A DNA stretch of 64,000 bases from contig CAYTHL010000001.1 of the NCBI GenBank assembly GCA_964437615.1, positions 11,081 to 75,080 of the forward strand. The letters run 5' to 3'. The translations under genes and the position numbers were made by a program. The DNA is from an uncultured Lachnospiraceae bacterium (GTDB taxonomy: Bacteria > Bacillota > Clostridia > Christensenellales > UBA1242). The notes below the pieces were generated by a model. The model was given only the letters and a program-made list of their open reading frames with translations. It made no database searches and was not told where the DNA came from. Position 1 is the stretch's first letter; every line of letters begins with the position of its first letter. Positions 9,602 through 18,055 of the stretch are shown piece after piece.

Positions 9602-10368
9602 AATTTAAACATTTTAAACAACAACTTATTAGCGAAGTAGAAAAAGTCTATCTTCCCATGTCTGAAGAAACAAAAAACGCTAAAATTGTCCAAGTAACCA
9701 AAACTGAGCTAAAGACCTCCAAAACACCTAAAAATAACATTTTAAAATGGGCAATATCTTGCTTATGTGTGGCGATAATTGTCATGATTTCTATTTTGCT
9801 TTCCGTGGCATTAAAGCCAACAGACACAACTTCCGCCTCTAACCTAACTTCTTATATTCTAGAGATAAATCCAAGCGTTTGCATAACAACTGATAAAAAT
9901 AATATGGTAATAAGTGTTTTTTCTTTAAACAATGATGCCGACATCCTTTTAAGCGATGAAAAATTAAATTTAAACAACGAAATATCTATAGATAACTATG
10001 TTAAGGAAATAATAAACCTATCTATAGAAAAGGGTTTTTTGTTTAGCTCTAATTCTCAAACCGAAATAGCTATTTATGCAATTAACAACAAGGAAAGCCA
10101 TGCAAAAGAAAACAGTCTGCATATAAAAGAAATCATTGGCAAAGAACTGCTAGACCAAGGCTTTGAGAATTTTAATATTAATTCCAACACTATTAAAATA
10201 GACGAGTTTAAAGAAAAAACGGGAATTGAAAGCAACAATAAAGACCTAGATAAAATGCAAAACGACTTGCTTAATCATGATAAATTTTTTGATCCAAATT
10301 TTGACCCAGCCAACCCACCTTCTCAAAACAAGGCTAACAAACAATACTTTTTATATAAGTTTTTATAA
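9598..10368 (+). CDS. putative anti-sigma factor (single-pass membrane protein, translationally coupled to the sigma gene)
   Basis: The TTG start overlaps the sigma stop (TTGA). One TM segment (ILKWAISCLCVAIIVMISILLSVAL) is followed by a ~170-aa extracytoplasmic domain. The call rests on position only. Confidence 0.45.
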   Translation: MKFKHFKQQLISEVEKVYLPMSEETKNAKIVQVTKTELKTSKTPKNNILKWAISCLCVAIIVMISILLSVALKPTDTTSASNLTSYILEINPSVCITTDKNNMVISVFSLNNDADILLSDEKLNLNNEISIDNYVKEIINLSIEKGFLFSSNSQTEIAIYAINNKESHAKENSLHIKEIIGKELLDQGFENFNINSNTIKIDEFKEKTGIESNNKDLDKMQNDLLNHDKFFDPNFDPANPPSQNKANKQYFLYKFL

Positions 10369-10679
10369 AAACCGCTTTAAAAAGTTTAACAAAATTTTTT
10401 AATAACGTTTGTTGATAAACTTAATATTTTAATAAATCTATTTATTGCGGGCAAATCTCTTTTTGCTAAAAATAAATACATACACACTTATGCTTCAAGC
10501 CTTACTAACTTTTTATGCATAAATCTCTAAAAACTAGCAAACTAAAAGTGGAAAAAGGGATTGAGAATCCTCACTTTTAACAAAAACAGTATAATATTTT
10601 ACAAAAATATTCAAAACCAACTTGCAATTTGCCTAAAAATAAATAGCCAACTTTTAAAAATTATTTGTCTACAAGCTGC

Positions 10680-10706
10680 AATATGGGTACAACCCATATT
10701 TTTTTA
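10680..10706 (+). terminator. hairpin AATATGGGTACAACCCATATT plus T7 (copy 2 of the repeat), an orphan terminator
   Basis: 9-bp stem followed by TTTTTTT. It lies ~310 nt after the nearest upstream stop codon (10368). Confidence 0.5.
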
Positions 10707-10732
10707 TCTTTGCTTTTTGGGAGCTAATTTGG

Positions 10733-10761
10733 TTGACAAAGAGAATATTTGGGCATATAAT
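10733..10761 (+). promoter_or_regulatory. sigma-A promoter of the ABC operon
   Basis: TTGACA (10733-10738), 17 nt, TATAAT (10756-10761). Confidence 0.6.
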
Positions 10762-10806
10762 TATTAAATAATAACCAAGTAAAAGTGGCTATTATGGGCG
10801 GAGATT

Positions 10807-11727
10807 ATGAACAAGATTGAAGTACAAAATTTAACTAAGGATTACGGCCACGGCAGGGGCGTATTTAATGTGTCTTTTAGCGTGTCCGAGGGCGAAGTCT
10901 TTGGCTTTTTGGGGCCTAACGGGGCAGGAAAGTCTACCACAATTAGGCATTTAATGGGCTTTAGTAAGCCAGATAGCGGCTCAGCAAAAATTTTAGGGCA
11001 AGAGAGCTTTGACAACTACTACAAATTTTTGGGCAATGTGGGCTATTTGCCGGGCGAAATTGCCTTGCCTGCTGGGCTAACCGGCTGGCAGTTTATAGAC
11101 ATGATGAAAAAGCTAAAAAATGTGCAAGACGACACTTTTTTAAAGCATTTAATGGAGCTTTTTGAGCTAGATCCGTCGGGCGAAACCAAGCGAATGAGCC
11201 TTGGCATTAAGCGGAAGCTTGCCATAGTTACGGCGTTTATGAACGACCCAGATATTTTGGTGTTAGACGAGCCAACTAGCGGCCTAGATTTGGGCATGCA
11301 GCAAACTTTTATCAAGTTTATTAGGCAAGAAAAAGCGCGCGGTAAGACCATTTTGCTGTCTAGCCATATTTTTAGCGAGGTTGACGCCACTTGCGACCGC
11401 ATTGCAATTATTAAGGACGGCAAAGTGGTGTCCGAAGTTGTCGCCGACGACCTAAAACATAACAATAATAAAATTTACAAAATAAAATTTGCTAGCAAAA
11501 AAGACAAAAAGGAATTTTTGGACAGCGCTAAATCTAGCACAGATTTTACCATTATAGACGGCGACGAACGTTATTTAACCGTGCTTGTTAACGACAAAAA
11601 TATAAATAGTCTAATTGCGTGCATAGCAAAACACAAGATAGTAGATTTTGAGCATATAAAGGAGTCGCTAGAAGACTACTTTATGAAGTACTACAAAGAA
11701 GACGCCGATTTTGGGGGTGCATTATGA
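10807..11727 (+). CDS. ABC transporter ATP-binding protein
   Basis: Walker A GPNGAGKST, signature-like MSLGIKRKL, Walker B ILVLDEPTSGLD. ATGA overlap with the next gene. Confidence 0.9.
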   Translation: MNKIEVQNLTKDYGHGRGVFNVSFSVSEGEVFGFLGPNGAGKSTTIRHLMGFSKPDSGSAKILGQESFDNYYKFLGNVGYLPGEIALPAGLTGWQFIDMMKKLKNVQDDTFLKHLMELFELDPSGETKRMSLGIKRKLAIVTAFMNDPDILVLDEPTSGLDLGMQQTFIKFIRQEKARGKTILLSSHIFSEVDATCDRIAIIKDGKVVSEVVADDLKHNNNKIYKIKFASKKDKKEFLDSAKSSTDFTIIDGDERYLTVLVNDKNINSLIACIAKHKIVDFEHIKESLEDYFMKYYKEDADFGGAL

Positions 11728-12707
11728 TAGAAACTGGCAAAGTTACAGATAATTTGGCCCCACAGGGCGGGCAAGAAAAGCCCAAAAAATCCAGCAAAGA
11801 GCCGCTAATAATTGTAAAAGATGTAACAAAAGACTACGGCAAGGGTCGTGGAATTTTTGACGAGAACTTTTGTTTATACAAGGGCGAAATTTTGGGTTTT
11901 GTTGGGGCAAATGGCGCCGGCAAAACCACCACTATTCGCAACATTATGGGCTTTATAAAGCCAGATAAGGGCAGCATTAGCATCTGCGGGCTAGACAGCT
12001 GGGCAGACGCCGAGCAAACAAAAAAATATATTAGCTACATTCCCGGCGAAATTGCCTTTCCAGACTTAAAGTCCGGCACCGATTTTTTAAAATCTCAGGC
12101 CGAACTGCTGGGCATAACCGACATGACGTACGCAAACCATCTAATAGAAAAGTTGCAGCTAGACCCAACCGCCAATTTAAAGCGCATGAGCAAGGGCATG
12201 AAGCAGAAGACAGCAATAGTCGCAGCTCTAATGGCAGACCACGACATTTTGCTGCTAGACGAGCCTACAACTGGGCTAGACCCCCTTATGCGCCTTGCAT
12301 TTATAGACATAATAAAGGAGCAAAAGAAAAAGGGCAAGACCATACTAATTAGTTCGCACCTATACGAAGAGCTGGAAAAACTTTGCGACCGCGTTGCACT
12401 TATAGACAAAGGTCGCATTGTAAACATAACCAATATGGACGAAATAAATAAGCGGCCAATTGCCGACTTTAAAGTAGAGTTTATTACCAAAAAAGATTAC
12501 CAAAACTTTAAAAAACTGCCATACAATTTTATTCGTGACCAAGAGCAGTATAGTCAAGTTACCGTCCGTATAAAGCGCAGCGAAATAACTGATCTGTTTA
12601 AAGATTTAACCCAATTTAAGGTAAAGTTTATTTCCGAGGTAAAGTATACGCTAGAAAATCACTTTAAAGGCATAATTGAAAAATTAAAGGAGAACAAAAA
12701 TGATTAG
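11724..12707 (+). CDS. ABC transporter ATP-binding protein (second, distinct ATPase)
   Basis: Walker A GANGAGKTT, MSKGMKQKT, Walker B ILLLDEPTTGLD. Confidence 0.9.
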   Translation: MIETGKVTDNLAPQGGQEKPKKSSKEPLIIVKDVTKDYGKGRGIFDENFCLYKGEILGFVGANGAGKTTTIRNIMGFIKPDKGSISICGLDSWADAEQTKKYISYIPGEIAFPDLKSGTDFLKSQAELLGITDMTYANHLIEKLQLDPTANLKRMSKGMKQKTAIVAALMADHDILLLDEPTTGLDPLMRLAFIDIIKEQKKKGKTILISSHLYEELEKLCDRVALIDKGRIVNITNMDEINKRPIADFKVEFITKKDYQNFKKLPYNFIRDQEQYSQVTVRIKRSEITDLFKDLTQFKVKFISEVKYTLENHFKGIIEKLKENKND

Positions 12708-14361
12708 CAAACCACTATTTAAGCAATCTTGCAAGGCAAACGCCGGCATTTGGGGATTTGTAACCGGCATAACCTGTTTTATTTTGGCAGCCCTTATACT
12801 TGTTTTGGGTAACCTTAATGTAAGCGGCATACGCGACTCAATGAGCAACATGTTTATCTCTAACACAATAGAGTCTACCATTCAGGAGCAGTCGATGACA
12901 TACTTTAATATGACCGACACCGCTCTAGACACCTACAACAGTGAATATGCTAAACTAAAAGATGTGCTGCTGCTTTTTACAAGCCAAACTGAGGAGTCAG
13001 GCGATAGTCAGGACGATAGGCAGAATATTATTAACTCTTATAATACTAAAATTGCAGAAGGAAAAACTAACGATGAAGCCATTGCAAGTGTGGTAAGTGA
13101 ATACAATAATAAGTATAGTGCAGAGGCCATTGGTGTTTTAATTAAATATTATAATGATGTTAAAACAGAAGATTACACTCCAACCTATTCTGATGCCGAA
13201 ATTTCGGCCTATGTTTTGGGATTAGTTGCTGCTGGAGTTTATCAAGAATTGCAGTCCACTGCTGGCGAAGAAACGGCAGAAGAAGCCGAACAGTTTATCT
13301 CTAGTGCAATTGAAATGTATCTAGACAAATATGCCGAAAATTCAGAAATAAGTACAACCGATTTTGCAATCGCGTATATTCCAACCGTTTTAAGCAGTTT
13401 GTTTGCAGACCAAAGCTTTGACTATAATGGCAGAGAGATTAAAGTTAGTGATTATTTTACCGCAAAAGAAATAGAAACTACTTCGCAAGCGGCAATAGCG
13501 TCGTTTAGGTCGCAACTGGCAATAAAAGAAGCTGAAATTAGAAAAAAACTCCTTGCCGATAATCCCGAATACGCCGAAGATGAAGATGCCCTAAATGATG
13601 CAGTAAACGACGAGCTTAGCAAGTATATAAATAGCGTTATTTCGTCGCTTTCTAAAAGCTTGCTAGAAAGTATCCCAGCAGATGTAGCGCAGGCTCTTAG
13701 CGAGCTTGGCACCATGGATATTTATGCCATGGTAATTGGCTCTATGTTTTACAAAATTGCAGGCCTACTATTGCCTATAATATTTATTATAATGACTGCC
13801 AACAACTTAATTGCTAGTCAAGTAGATAGCGGCTCTATGGCTTATGTGCTGTCTACCCCTACAAAGCGCAAAAAAGTTACCATAACCCAGATGACATACT
13901 TGCTTGTGTCGCTACTAATTATGTTTATACTTACAACTGTAGTGGGCGAAATTTGCCTTGCTATAGTTGGCACCGAAGAATTTACCATAACCTATTCGCA
14001 ATTGGCTCTACTTAGCGTGGGCGCATTTATTACAACGGCGGCAATCAGCGGAATATGCTTCCTTGCCTCTAGTTGGTTTAATCGCAGCAAACTTGCTATT
14101 AGCGTTGGCGGCGGACTATCTATGTTCTTTTTGGTGGCAACAATACTAGGTTTGTTTGGCTCTAGCATGATGCCGTCAGCAATCCGCATAGACGCAATGA
14201 ACTACTTTAACTATGTGTCTATTATTAGCCTATTTGATACAGCGTCTATTTTGGAGGGCACAACCACTTATATTTGGAAACTTGCAATACTTGCAGTAGT
14301 TGCCATTGTAACCTACAGCCTTGCCATTTGGAAGTTTGATAAAAAAGACTTGCCATTATAA
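12700..14361 (+). CDS. ABC-2-type transporter permease with a large (~300 aa) acidic loop after TM1
   Basis: 8-nt overlap with the upstream ATPase. One N-terminal TM, a long Glu/Asp/Ala-rich domain, then ~5 C-terminal TM segments. Confidence 0.7.
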   Translation: MISKPLFKQSCKANAGIWGFVTGITCFILAALILVLGNLNVSGIRDSMSNMFISNTIESTIQEQSMTYFNMTDTALDTYNSEYAKLKDVLLLFTSQTEESGDSQDDRQNIINSYNTKIAEGKTNDEAIASVVSEYNNKYSAEAIGVLIKYYNDVKTEDYTPTYSDAEISAYVLGLVAAGVYQELQSTAGEETAEEAEQFISSAIEMYLDKYAENSEISTTDFAIAYIPTVLSSLFADQSFDYNGREIKVSDYFTAKEIETTSQAAIASFRSQLAIKEAEIRKKLLADNPEYAEDEDALNDAVNDELSKYINSVISSLSKSLLESIPADVAQALSELGTMDIYAMVIGSMFYKIAGLLLPIIFIIMTANNLIASQVDSGSMAYVLSTPTKRKKVTITQMTYLLVSLLIMFILTTVVGEICLAIVGTEEFTITYSQLALLSVGAFITTAAISGICFLASSWFNRSKLAISVGGGLSMFFLVATILGLFGSSMMPSAIRIDAMNYFNYVSIISLFDTASILEGTTTYIWKLAILAVVAIVTYSLAIWKFDKKDLPL

Positions 14362-14414
14362 CTGCGTCAAACTTATCTAGCTAGCACAAAAAACTGGCAA
14401 AAATTAAAAAATGG

Positions 14415-14656
14415 TTGACAATGCAGATTTTTTAGAATAATATAAACCTATCAAGCGAAGAAAAAGAGAGTAGTATAAGCCATGCGGCACAGCGAGATAA
14501 CGACGGTGAAAGGTTATCCTAGCAGCTTACACAAAGGACACTTTGGAGCTTGATTACAAAATTAATAATAAAGTGGTCAAATTTTTTGACAAATTAGGTG
14601 GCACCGCGGATAAAATTTATTCGTCCTAATGCAAATGGCATTGGGGCGATTTTTTT
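14415..14656 (+). promoter_or_regulatory. T-box riboswitch leader (Asp specifier GAC) with its promoter and terminator
   Basis: Promoter: TTGACA (14415-14420), 17 nt, TAATAT (14438-14443). Stem I base pairs ATCAAGC (14450-14456) with GCTTGAT. AGAGAGTA motif is present, and the 3' side of the specifier loop reads AAAG-GAC-A (GAC at 14537-14539). T-box sequence AAATTAGGTGGCACCGCGG (14591-14609). Terminator TCGTCCTAATGC/GCATTGGGGCGA plus T7 (14621-14656). Confidence 0.85.
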
Positions 14657-14698
14657 GTTTAACCCAGCCCCATAAAACATAAAATAGGAGCATTTTTT

Positions 14699-16447
14699 AT
14701 GAATATTATACCAAACAAATACAGAAACGCAGATTGTGGTCAGCTTAGGTTAGCCGATGTCGGTAAAGAAGTAACACTGGCGGGGTTTGTGCATGCAATC
14801 AGAAAGCTTGGCGGCATAACATTTTTGGTGCTAAGAGATTTTTATGGAAAGACGCAAGTTATAGTTCCAGAAGAGCTAGCGGGCAACCTTAATAAAGAAG
14901 ATGTAATTACCGTAAAAGGAAAAGTGCAAGAGCGTTCTAGCAAAAACCCTAGCATGCCAACTGGCGACATAGAGGTAGTTGCAAAAAATATAGAAATTAT
15001 TGGCAAGTGTGAAAAACAACTGCCGTTTGAGATAACTGCAAGCCAAGATGTAAATGAAGACCTAAGGCTAAAATACAGGTACCTAGACCTTAGAGCAGAC
15101 TACAACAAACAAATGTTAACTTTAAGAAGTGACCTTATGCTCTATGTGCGTGAGGTTTTGCACTCCATGGGCTTTATAGAGGTTCAAACTCCTATACTTA
15201 CGGCATCTAGCCCAGAGGGAGCAAGAGACTTTTTGGTGCCATCTAGATTAAACCCGGGCAAGTTTTATGCATTGCCTCAGGCTCCTCAACAATTTAAGCA
15301 ACTGCTTATGACTAGCGGAGTAGATAAATATTTTCAGATTGCGCCATGCTTTAGAGATGAAGACGCCAGAGCCGATAGGTCACCAACCGAGTTTTATCAG
15401 ATAGACCTAGAAATGGCTTTTGCTACTCAAGAAGAGGTTTTTGCGGTTGTAGAAAAACTGTACGCCGGCATATTTGAAAAATTTGTAGGTGTCCGACCTG
15501 TTACGCCTTTTAAAAGATTATCTTACGAAGAAGTAATGCGCGACTATTGTACCGACAAGCCAGACCTAAGAAACCCTATAAAAGTTGTAGATGTAACTGG
15601 CATTTTTAAAAATTCAGATTTTAACGCCTTTAAGGGCAATATAGTAAAGGCATTAAAAGTTAATTGCGGCGGGCTTGGGCGCAAGTTTTATGACAATTTA
15701 ACCGAATTTTTAAAATCGCGCGAGGCTAAGGGCTTGGCTTATGTGCATGTAACCCAAGACGGAGAGTTCGAAACGGGCATATCTAAATTTATAACCCCGG
15801 AGCAAAAACAAAAGTTACTTTCTGCGCTACAATATAGTCCGCTAGATACCATATTTTTTGTAGCCGATCAAAAGTCTAAGGTTATAAAATATGCGGACAT
15901 GCTAAGAAATGAGCTTGGCAAGAGGCTTAAGCTAATAAACAAAGACGAATTTAGCTTTGTTTGGATTGTTGACTTTCCGTTCTACCAGCTAAATGACGAG
16001 GGTAAAATAGAGTTCTCACATAATCCGTTTAGTTTGCCTCAACCGTCAATAGAAGAGGTTAAAAAAGACCCACTTGCTGCAAAAGCATATCAGTACGACT
16101 TGGTTATAAACGGTTACGAAAGCCTATCTGGCGCCGTTAGAAACCATAGGCCAGACTATATGGTAGAGTTGTTTAAAATTGCAGGCTACGATAAATCGGT
16201 AGTAGAAAATAAGTTTCCAGCGCTGTATAATGCGTTTTCTTATGGAGCGCCACCTCATTGCGGAGCAGGTGCCGGCTTTGATAGGCTAATGATGCTGCTT
16301 ACTGGCAACGAGTTTATTCGTGACGTAATAGCCTTTCCTATGAACAAAAACGCCTGTGATCCGCTTACCAACGCGCCAAATACAGTAGATGAAAAGCTTT
16401 TAAGAGATGTTCATATTAAATTAATAAAAGAAAATGAAGACAAATAA
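14699..16447 (+). CDS. aspS: aspartate--tRNA ligase
   Basis: 582 aa bacterial-type AspRS: QLRLADVGKEVTLAGFV, SPQQFKQLLM-like QAPQQFKQLLMTSG, CFRDEDARADR, GYESLSGAVRNH. AGGAG RBS. Confidence 0.95.
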   Translation: MNIIPNKYRNADCGQLRLADVGKEVTLAGFVHAIRKLGGITFLVLRDFYGKTQVIVPEELAGNLNKEDVITVKGKVQERSSKNPSMPTGDIEVVAKNIEIIGKCEKQLPFEITASQDVNEDLRLKYRYLDLRADYNKQMLTLRSDLMLYVREVLHSMGFIEVQTPILTASSPEGARDFLVPSRLNPGKFYALPQAPQQFKQLLMTSGVDKYFQIAPCFRDEDARADRSPTEFYQIDLEMAFATQEEVFAVVEKLYAGIFEKFVGVRPVTPFKRLSYEEVMRDYCTDKPDLRNPIKVVDVTGIFKNSDFNAFKGNIVKALKVNCGGLGRKFYDNLTEFLKSREAKGLAYVHVTQDGEFETGISKFITPEQKQKLLSALQYSPLDTIFFVADQKSKVIKYADMLRNELGKRLKLINKDEFSFVWIVDFPFYQLNDEGKIEFSHNPFSLPQPSIEEVKKDPLAAKAYQYDLVINGYESLSGAVRNHRPDYMVELFKIAGYDKSVVENKFPALYNAFSYGAPPHCGAGAGFDRLMMLLTGNEFIRDVIAFPMNKNACDPLTNAPNTVDEKLLRDVHIKLIKENEDK

Positions 16448-16459
16448 AAAGGAGAAAGA

Positions 16460-17851
16460 ATGAAACGTATAGAAATTAGAGATTTATACAAAACTTATGC
16501 TAAATTTGACGGCAAGGATATTACCGTTTGTGGCTGGGTACGCACTGTGCGAGATAGCAAAAATATTGCCTTTTTGCAACTTAATGACGGCAACTTTTTG
16601 GGCGTACAAGTAGTTATAGAAAAGGAAAAGCTTAAAAACGCGGCAGAGATTGTGCGCCAAAATGTTGGTGCGGCGCTTATGGTTACCGGAAAGTTAGTAG
16701 TAACGCCCGAGGCTCAGCAGCCATTTGAGCTAAACGCTAGGTCTGCTGTTGTGCTTGGCGAAAGCGACGAAAGCTATCCGCTGCAAAAGAAACGTCACAC
16801 GGTAGAATTTTTGCGCACTATCCCTACAATAAGGGCTAGAGGAAATTTGTTTAATGCCGTGTTTAGAATACGTAGCGTTGCCGCCTTTGCAATTCACAAA
16901 TTTTTTAACGAGCGCAACTTTGTCTATCTGCACACACCAATAATAACCTCTAGCGACTGCGAGGGGGCGGGCGAAATGTTTCAGGTAACCACCCTAGATA
17001 TGGAAAATTTACCAAAAACAGCAGACGGCAAGGTGGACTACAGCAAGGACTTTTTTGGCAAAAAGGTTTCATTAACGGTGTCTGGGCAACTACATGAGGA
17101 GCCTCTAACCCACGCCTTTGGCAAAACCTACACTTTTGGCCCAACATTTAGGGCAGAAAACAGCAACACTTCGCGCCATGCAGCAGAGTTTTGGATGATG
17201 GAGCCAGAAATTTGCTTCTGTGATTTAAGCGAGCTTATGGACAACGAAGAAGAGATGATAAAGTATGTAATTAACTATTGCTTAACCGAGTGCAGCGCCG
17301 AACTAGAGTTTTTGAATAAATTTGTAGACACAGGTCTGCTAGAAAGGCTGCACAATATTGTGGATAACTCCTTTGAGCGGCTAGATTACACCAAGGCAAT
17401 AGAAATATTGCAAAATTCGGGCAAAAAGTTTGTTTTTCCGGTTAAGTGGGGCATAGATTTGCAGAGCGAGCATGAAAGATATTTAACCGAAGAAGTCTAC
17501 AAAAAACCAGTATTTTTAAAGAACTATCCAAAGGACATTAAGGCCTTTTATATGCGCCAAAATGATGACGGAAAGACGGTTGCCGCAGTAGATTTGTTAG
17601 TGCCGGGCATCGGCGAGCTTATTGGCGGCAGTCAACGTGAAGAAAGGCTAGATAAGCTAACCGCCCGCATCAACGAACTAGGGCTGTCTACAGAAGATTA
17701 TTCTTGGTACTTAGACACGCGCAGATACGGCACAAATGTGCATTCGGGCTATGGCCTAGGTTTTGAAAGGCTGGTTATGTACCTAACCGGAATATCTAAC
17801 ATACGTGACGCCGAAATCTTTCCGCGCACAGTCGGTAGCATCCAAGGCTAG
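16460..17851 (+). CDS. asnS: asparagine--tRNA ligase
   Basis: 463 aa: GWVRTVRDSKNIAFLQLNDG, FRAENSNTSRHAAEFWMMEPE, GGSQREER, HSGYGLGFERLVMY. It starts 12 nt after aspS with its own AAGGAG. Confidence 0.95.
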   Translation: MKRIEIRDLYKTYAKFDGKDITVCGWVRTVRDSKNIAFLQLNDGNFLGVQVVIEKEKLKNAAEIVRQNVGAALMVTGKLVVTPEAQQPFELNARSAVVLGESDESYPLQKKRHTVEFLRTIPTIRARGNLFNAVFRIRSVAAFAIHKFFNERNFVYLHTPIITSSDCEGAGEMFQVTTLDMENLPKTADGKVDYSKDFFGKKVSLTVSGQLHEEPLTHAFGKTYTFGPTFRAENSNTSRHAAEFWMMEPEICFCDLSELMDNEEEMIKYVINYCLTECSAELEFLNKFVDTGLLERLHNIVDNSFERLDYTKAIEILQNSGKKFVFPVKWGIDLQSEHERYLTEEVYKKPVFLKNYPKDIKAFYMRQNDDGKTVAAVDLLVPGIGELIGGSQREERLDKLTARINELGLSTEDYSWYLDTRRYGTNVHSGYGLGFERLVMYLTGISNIRDAEIFPRTVGSIQG

Positions 17852-17963
17852 CGTATAAATACATATTTAAATAAAATACAAAACACAAAAAACAAAATAA
17901 AGTGAACACAACATGTCTAATTCATTTTGTTACTCATCTTTGGTTTTGCAAAAATTACAACAC

Positions 17964-18001
17964 AAAAAACGGCTGTTAAATAAATTAACAACCGTTTTTT
18001 T
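17964..18001. terminator. bidirectional terminator between asnS and the 927-aa ORF
   Basis: AAAAAACGGCTGTTAA..TTAACAACCGTTTTTTTT. Confidence 0.65.
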
Positions 18002-18055
18002 TGCATTTTTTAAATTATCATAGGTTAGCAACATCCTAAGCTTAGGCAAATAATT

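Noticed and set aside
10561-10767. 68-aa ORF in the ORF track.
   Set aside because: It starts at TTG without an RBS. It reads straight through a terminator hairpin (10680-10706) and the ABC operon promoter (10733-10761). Its composition is low-complexity.
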